Below are positions 51,548 through 57,977 of a DNA stretch of 57,977 nt, in pieces (position 1 is the first letter of the stretch; each line of letters begins with the position of its first letter). The position numbers were made by a program, and so were the translations under genes. Source of the stretch: Geosiphon pyriformis uo1. Taxonomy: Eukaryota; Fungi; Glomeromycota. The notes under the pieces are model-generated. The model was not told the origin of the DNA and did not search any database. It was given only the letters and a program-made list of their open reading frames with translations. The stretch spans positions 4,856 to 62,832 of the forward strand of contig JAAOMT010000036.1 in assembly GCA_016748015.1 (NCBI GenBank). Reading direction: 5' to 3'.

Positions 51548-54460
51548 TATATATATTATTTTTTTGCATATTAAAAAAAACTATAAAAAATCAAAGTATT
51601 ATAAATTTTGTATTTGTACTACTGTTACTATTTAAATAGCTATTATAAAACACATAAATAATTTTGTTACAAATAAAGACAACATAATTAAAAGCATTCT
51701 GAACTGTCTTTTCAGAAAAATTGTTTTGAATTATTTAATCATTGAGAATAGACTGATATTTAAACCTAATAAAATCAAATCTAAGATTGATTTAATTATA
51801 ATAAATTGGACCAAAAAAAGATTAGGTGTGAATGTTATTTCAAACCATTAGTGTAAACAGTTTATTTTTTTAAATTATGTAATTAATAATGCTTTTGTTA
51901 ATTAACAACCAAAATCAGATAGAAAAAGTTAATATTTGTTGTTAAAAATCTTTTAAATAACAAGATTGTAAATTTGGTTGGTATTTTAATAAGCTTTAAA
52001 AAAATTGTTGTAATATAATTTTCAATATGTATTTGGATTTTTTAAATAATTGTTTGCTAAATTAATTGGTGTTTATTACTTAAAAAAAATTTAAATTTTA
52101 ATAATGCTTAAAATATGGTCTGTTTTAAATTAAAATATGTGAAAAATTTACCAAAATTTTTGGCAGTATACATAATAATAGAACAAACAGAATTATAACA
52201 GACTTTGATTTGTTAAATAATTGCAAAATATATGATAAGTTTAATTAAAAAAAGATTTTTTTATTATTGTTGTAAAGATTTTTTATGATTTTTTATTGTT
52301 TAAAATAAAAAAATAAAAAAATTTGTGTAAATATAAAGTAAATTTTAAGTTTATTATAAAGATTGGTTAGATTAAATTAGTTGTAAGCATAATATTATAT
52401 TTTATTGTTAAAGCTTTTGTGAATAATACAATTTAAGTTAATAGTTTTTTAATTGTATTTTAATATATTTTGAATATTGCCAAAATATTTTTTAGTTTAA
52501 GTAATATAGCCATTAATAATAAAAAAATTATTACTATTTTTATTTATTATTAAATTGGAATTTTATTTTTAAGTATTAGTAATAAGTCTATATTTATTGC
52601 AAAAAAAGAAAATATACAAATATTTTAATATCTTGTTAATTAATAATTTGTTTAAATTTAGTTTAAAAAAAATTTAGTCTAATATTAAATTTTTTGTAAA
52701 AATAGTATTATATAAACAGTTTTTAATAATAATTTACATATCTTATTTTGGTAATATTATAACTAATAATTAGATATAAAACTTAATTCAATTTTGTTTT
52801 TAAAGTATTTACTTAAAATAAAATTTGATTATTAAGCATAAGTTAAAATTCAAAGCTAATTTGTTTATAGATTTTTTTAATAAAGTTATTTATTATTTAT
52901 TGTTATATAGCTTTATATTATTTGAATAAATTTAAACAGAAAAAAAAATAACTAGTATTATTAAAAAGCTTTTTAATTATAAAATAATAGATTTGCAAAT
53001 TTATAAATTAAATATATTATTTTTTAAAATTTTTTATTAAATTATTGATTAATTTAATTAATTTTTACTTAATTTGACTAGTATTTTTTTAGATTGTAGT
53101 TTATTTTTGGCAAATAATCTGCTTTATACTTTTTATATTAAAAATAGTATTTTAATATTTAATATATTTGGTTTTATTAAGTATTTTAACATAAAAAAAT
53201 TTCTGAAAAAATTTAATATAATATTTATTAAACAGTTTTTAGATTACAATAGCTTAGTTTTTACTTAAAAAAATTTTAAATATTAAAATGATTAGATTTT
53301 AAAGTTTTATAATTGTTTAATTTAGTTTTGCTATTGTATTTATTAGGAATAAAAGTTTTTTTAACCAATAAATTTAAAATAATTCTAATTGTTTTTGTTT
53401 ATATTAATACAATTTAAATAGTTATAATATTGTCAAAAAGTATTTAATAAAAGCTTGTTTAACTGTTATTAATATTTATACAAATAGTTTAATTAAAAGT
53501 TTTGGCTTTTTTGAAACTGTTATTAATACTGCTGCCTATTTTTTGAATCTAAATCTGAATGTATAAGTTAACATATAAAGTATTTTATTATCTACTTTAA
53601 TTAACTTTTAAATTATAATAATAATTTTAAATTATGTTTTTTTATAAAATTTTGTTGTTTTGTATTTAGATTGTTAAGTTTTTTTAAATGTGTATGGCTT
53701 TAAAATAATTGTTTTAAGTTTTGATTTGGTGTAAATGATTTTAGTATAATATTTAGATAAACATATATATGTTAATACAACAGAATTAGTGTTTATTATC
53801 TTTTGTTTTATTTTATAAAAGTCTTATAAAAGCATTTATCTGTTGTTATAATAAAAAAGTTGTTTGTTTGGACTGTAAATTGATAGAAAATTCAAATTAC
53901 ATTTCTTTGTGTAATGCTAATGCAGTTATAAAAAAATATTGTTTTTTGTATTATTATTAAGTAGATATATATTTTTGGTTATTTAATTACAGACTTTTCT
54001 GTTATCTGGTTATTATATAGTATAATTATTAATAGTTACTTCTATATAGTAATGACTAAGAATTTTGTGTTAAATAGTTTGTCTTTTAAAATAATAAAAA
54101 TAAATAGTAGTATTAAAAAAGCTGTTGTATGTATTGTGTTATTTGTATATAATATAGCTGTTTACTACAAAATAAATATTTGGTTATCCAATATAAAATT
54201 ACTTATATTCTATAAATTTTATGGCCTATTGGTAAGTAATGATTTGATAGTTTAAAGTATAGTAGATGTGTCTTAAAGTGTTTTTAAAGTAAACCTACAC
54301 ATGTTTAGTTTTGATAATAGCTTAATAGTAATTTTTGGTTTTGCCAGTTCTTTGGCTTTTTTGTCTGCTAAATTGTGCTATAGCATTTGTGCTACTTGTA
54401 ATATAGGATTGTAATGCTGTCTTGTCTGGTCTAAGTGACTGGTAATATATAAAAAAGATA
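51548..54460 (+). mobile_element. Old hypermutated LINE ORF2 relic (RT to RNase H to zinc finger); probably continues left of the hAT (48031-48233)
   Basis: NKDNIIKSILNCLFRKIVLNYLII...NWTKKR (~NKSHTIRSVLERPFHKVVLDHLVV...GWTRK); INIYTNS (~ISVY.DGS); CLDCKLIENSNY. ORF 54052-54255 aligns with the ORF2 C-terminus. Confidence 0.8.
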
Positions 54461-55154
54461 TAAGTCATATTTATTTTATTGTTTCAATTAACTGTATGTT
54501 AATAGGTAGTGGTTAGACTGCACTCATTAAATTAAATAATAATTAATTAATTTTATTCATTTAACAAATATTTTAAAAACTTTTTTATTAAATTCTTTAC
54601 TTTCTGGTTTTAAAAATGTCATTGATAAAAGCTATAAAAAATAATAATACAATGTTTTTCATCTGCTAATATATTGTTTATTTGCTTAATTAATTCAAAA
54701 ATTAATTTATCACTTATTGTTTTACTTAAAATCGAGAGATAGTTAAAGTTTTTAAATGACAGTAACCATAAGCTCAACGAATTTTTTAATGAATTGATAT
54801 TGTATTAATGACTAAGGCTCTTTAAGTTTTCACCAAATTTTTAGTTTGATAAAGGATTAATGTTCAATTTTTTATTAATCAAATCACATATGCAAGTAAC
54901 AAAATAAATTTTGTTATTGAATAATAGTTTCAACTTGAAGGGTTTGATAATAGTACATTCACTGTTGAATTAAAATAATACGAACGATAAAATAGATAAA
55001 TAACTATGAAGATCTCCGATCGCGATCAGGTGATTAGGTCTGTTATGGAAGGTAGATAAATTCTGTTTTAAAAAAATGATAATTGAAAATTAAAACATAT
55101 TAGATTATTCAATCAATATGTTTATAACTTATTATAAACTAACCTTTAGAAAAA

Positions 55155-56620
55155 TCAATCATTTGCAAAGTTAAAAACACGACTTGTATAAACTGCTCCT
55201 GGATGAATGCGAGTTGTTGTTGATTGAATTGTTGTCGTTGAGTCATCACTTTCTGCCATTTCTTTTAAGTATTTCTCTGATTCTCTAAACTGGAAATCCA
55301 CAGTTTTAAACTCTTCTATGATTGAAACTTCATCTGTATCTTTTACAACCCACTTATATATGTCCAACAACTTATGCCATACTTCTTCAGCAGTAGGACG
55401 ATTCTTAGGATTAGGATCCCAACACTTTACAATTATTTCAGCGATACAAAGTGGAATAAGGGGGAGGTAATCTTAGGTCTTTGACCATTTAAAATAGCCA
55501 TTATAAGAATTTGATCATGATCACGATCATAAAAGGGAGCCTTTCCTGTTGCTAATTCCCATAATAACATGGAGAAACTATAAATATCACCAGCTGTTGT
55601 AAATTTTTCTCCTCTTAAAACTTCTGGTGGAATGCATAGAATCACTCCATATATCTTTTTTTATTTCATGTCTTTTCCTGTTGTTGGGTCTGTTTTTGTT
55701 GTTGCTTCATGGTTTACTGGTTGACATAATCCGAGGTCTCCAATATTCACTTCATATTCATATAATTGTAGGATGTTGCCTGAGTGTAGGTCACGATGAA
55801 CCATACCAGAAGAATGAATTTGTGAAAGTCCTTCAGCTATTTTACACGCGATCACTAATTTATTAAACCAACTTTTGGAATGAAAATTTGTTGATAAATA
55901 TTTTCGCATGTCTCCACGTTTAGCAAAGTCCATAAAAATTCCATATTCGAGTGTTTCAGCGTTTTGCGTAATTCCAATTATTTCAGAGATGCAAAAATAG
56001 TCTTTATCATCAGTGTTAATAAAAATAGCTCTTCCAATGTTTAACTATCAACGACACAGTGTAAAATAGTAAATAAACGATAATATACAGTAAATAAATA
56101 ATAGGTAAATATGAATTAATTAAAAATGAATTTTAGATAAATATAAATAATAATAATAATAATAGTTTGTTTACCTCTTTAAACACTTCTAAACTGTTCG
56201 TTTTTATAATTTTTATAGCCACTTCCACTGTTCCTTCTCTTTTATATTTCATTTCATCATTACATCTTATACTCCACGTATCAATCCGTCCATCAACCCA
56301 TGTTGCTTTATAAATTATACCGAACCCTCCTCTAGCAATTTCGTTGATATTCGACAAACGCGCCCATGGAATCCATTCATAATAATTCAAACAATTATAT
56401 GTATCTTCATTATTAGGTAAAATATAGATTGTATTCCTAATTATTTTATCAACTCTTTATTCCCGCTTGAAAAGTTCCTGTAAAGTTTTTGAAAAAATAT
56501 GAACCAGCATGCAGCGCACCGATTCTCTTGATTATTTTTAATACTGTCTTAACATTTCTCACAGTCATTGAAATCATGAGATTCTGGACGAGTTGTTCTT
56601 TTAATTTCTTTGTTTTCCAT
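55155..56620 (-). pseudogene. TKL kinase pseudogene, inverted paralogue of 34737-36494
   Basis: Same start (MENKEIKR), same intron 1 and kinase motifs. Premature TAA at codon 24 (56549-56551; CAA in the paralogue) and frameshifts near 56455, 55660 and 55460. Confidence 0.9.
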
Positions 56621-57312
56621 GGTATGAATAAAAACGGATAAAATGTAAATAGATTATTATTCGAAGAAGGTTTTTTTGAAAATGTTTATTTGATAGTACG
56701 TTTAAAAAGTAATTTATCTAAATGCGGAGTTCTTATTTATATTGTTTCTGTGTTCACATAGTTAAAAATTCTTTTTATTTAATCTTAAAAAGTGGTTTTT
56801 ATCAAACTATGATTCGCTATAAATTATACTAAATAGGTTTAAGTGGTTACGGTACACAAAGAAATACGCCAAACAAGTTTCCCATTATCTCATTGTCTTC
56901 TTACCCAAATGAGTTGTATGATTTAATGACAAAACTTTTGTTGCTTGCATAACTTTTATTAATAGAGAATAACGAATAAGGGTGATTTGAATTTCAAGTT
57001 AAACTCCCATAATTAATAAGTTAGTCACTAATTTTTCATTCTAATATATTAAATTCAAATTTATTTTCTGTTATAATTTTGCTGTATATCATATTTTGAA
57101 CTTAATCATTAATAATGAAATTAAAAGTTAATAAATCTTAAATATTATACTACCATTTGATAAAACAATATTTAATTTTTTAGTTCAAACTTTTACTTTA
57201 AAATTCATAAAAATAATATATTATACATGTATTTAATTAATTAACTAATTAATTTAATTTAATTATAATATTTTCTAATTGTCTTTAAACTTTTTTTTTA
57301 ACATTGTAATTT

Positions 57313-57331
57313 CTGTCTCTTATACACATCT
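57313..57331 (-). other. Tn5 mosaic end / Nextera adapter (assembly artefact)
   Basis: Exact CTGTCTCTTATACACATCT at an abrupt AT-to-GC transition, immediately before the second array B. Confidence 0.95.
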
Positions 57332-57381
57332 CTCTTGCCTTTTGCTTATGTAGGGCGAACCCACTATCGGCTACCAATGAC

Positions 57382-57830
57382 AAATTACCGGCGTCCACCA
57401 ACCCACGAACATAAACAGGGCGAAATTACCGGCGTCCACCAACTCATGAACATAAACACCTATAACCAGGATGAAATTACCGGCGCTCACCAACTCACGA
57501 ACATAAACATCTATAAACAGGACGAAATTACCGGCGTCCACCAAATCACGAACATAAACACAATAACCAGTATGAAAATAATGGTGTCCACCAACTCACG
57601 AACATAAACACCTATAACTAGGACGAAATTACTGACGTCCACCAACTCACCGGCGTTCACCAACTCATAAACATAAACACCTATAAACAGGACGAAATTA
57701 CCGGCGTCCACCAACTCACCGGCGTTCACCAACTCATAAACATAAACACCTATAAACAGGACGAAATTACCGGCATCCACCAACTCACCGGCGTTCACCA
57801 ACTCACGAACATAAACACCTATAACCAGTA
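57382..57830 (+). repeat. Second copy of tandem array B, with a different unit order and the same flanks as 23427-24312
   Basis: Unit spacing is about 41, 51, 51, 50, 51, 69, 69. Left and right flanks are nearly identical to those of the first copy. Confidence 0.95.
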
Positions 57831-57977
57831 CAAAGGAACACCAACAACTCAACAATATCGAATAAACGAATAAACGAATAACGAATATGGAATAAAACAT
57901 TGATCACCAAATAACTGAAATTAAATTTCAGGGTTAGGTGGTGAGGAATTGATGATTGTTAGTCTGTTATCCATGCC

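Noticed and set aside
13136-53268. Short F/I/L/K/N-rich ORFs (13136, 15842, 16195, 16791, 27037, 31653, 53074)
   Set aside because: Chance ORFs in AT-rich or decayed TE sequence, mostly with TTG starts and no motifs.

Overview
Eukaryotic, very AT-rich, intron-containing fungal DNA. The gene content (TKL kinases with HRDLHSGNIL, a Crinkler-like REase-kinase, RNase H-bearing LINEs) points to Glomeromycotina and is reminiscent of Geosiphon/Archaeosporales (inference). Three host genes look intact: a secreted protein (29069-29671 +), a two-exon DUF1771/Smr nuclease with both N-myristoylation and CaaX motifs (30179-30916 -) and a TKL kinase (34737-36494 +). Pseudogenes are a CRN-like REase-kinase (1-1787 -), its inverted 3' fragment (11840-12462 +) and an inverted TKL paralogue (55155-56620 -). 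Most of the rest is transposon debris: a full-length LINE with poly(A) and TSD (41263-48030 -), a hAT element with an exact 8-bp TSD (48242-51539 +), older hypermutated LINE relics of a related family, MULE/SWIM and hAT fragments, and a probable Helitron relic. Two GC/CpG-rich tandem repeat families stand out: a strongly self-complementary 137/139-bp unit and a 51/69-bp minisatellite. The 14.8-26.7 kb region and the last 650 bp are assembly-unreliable, with nine 20-N gaps and three Tn5/Nextera mosaic-end sequences at chimeric junctions. All calls were made by eye; no searches were run.
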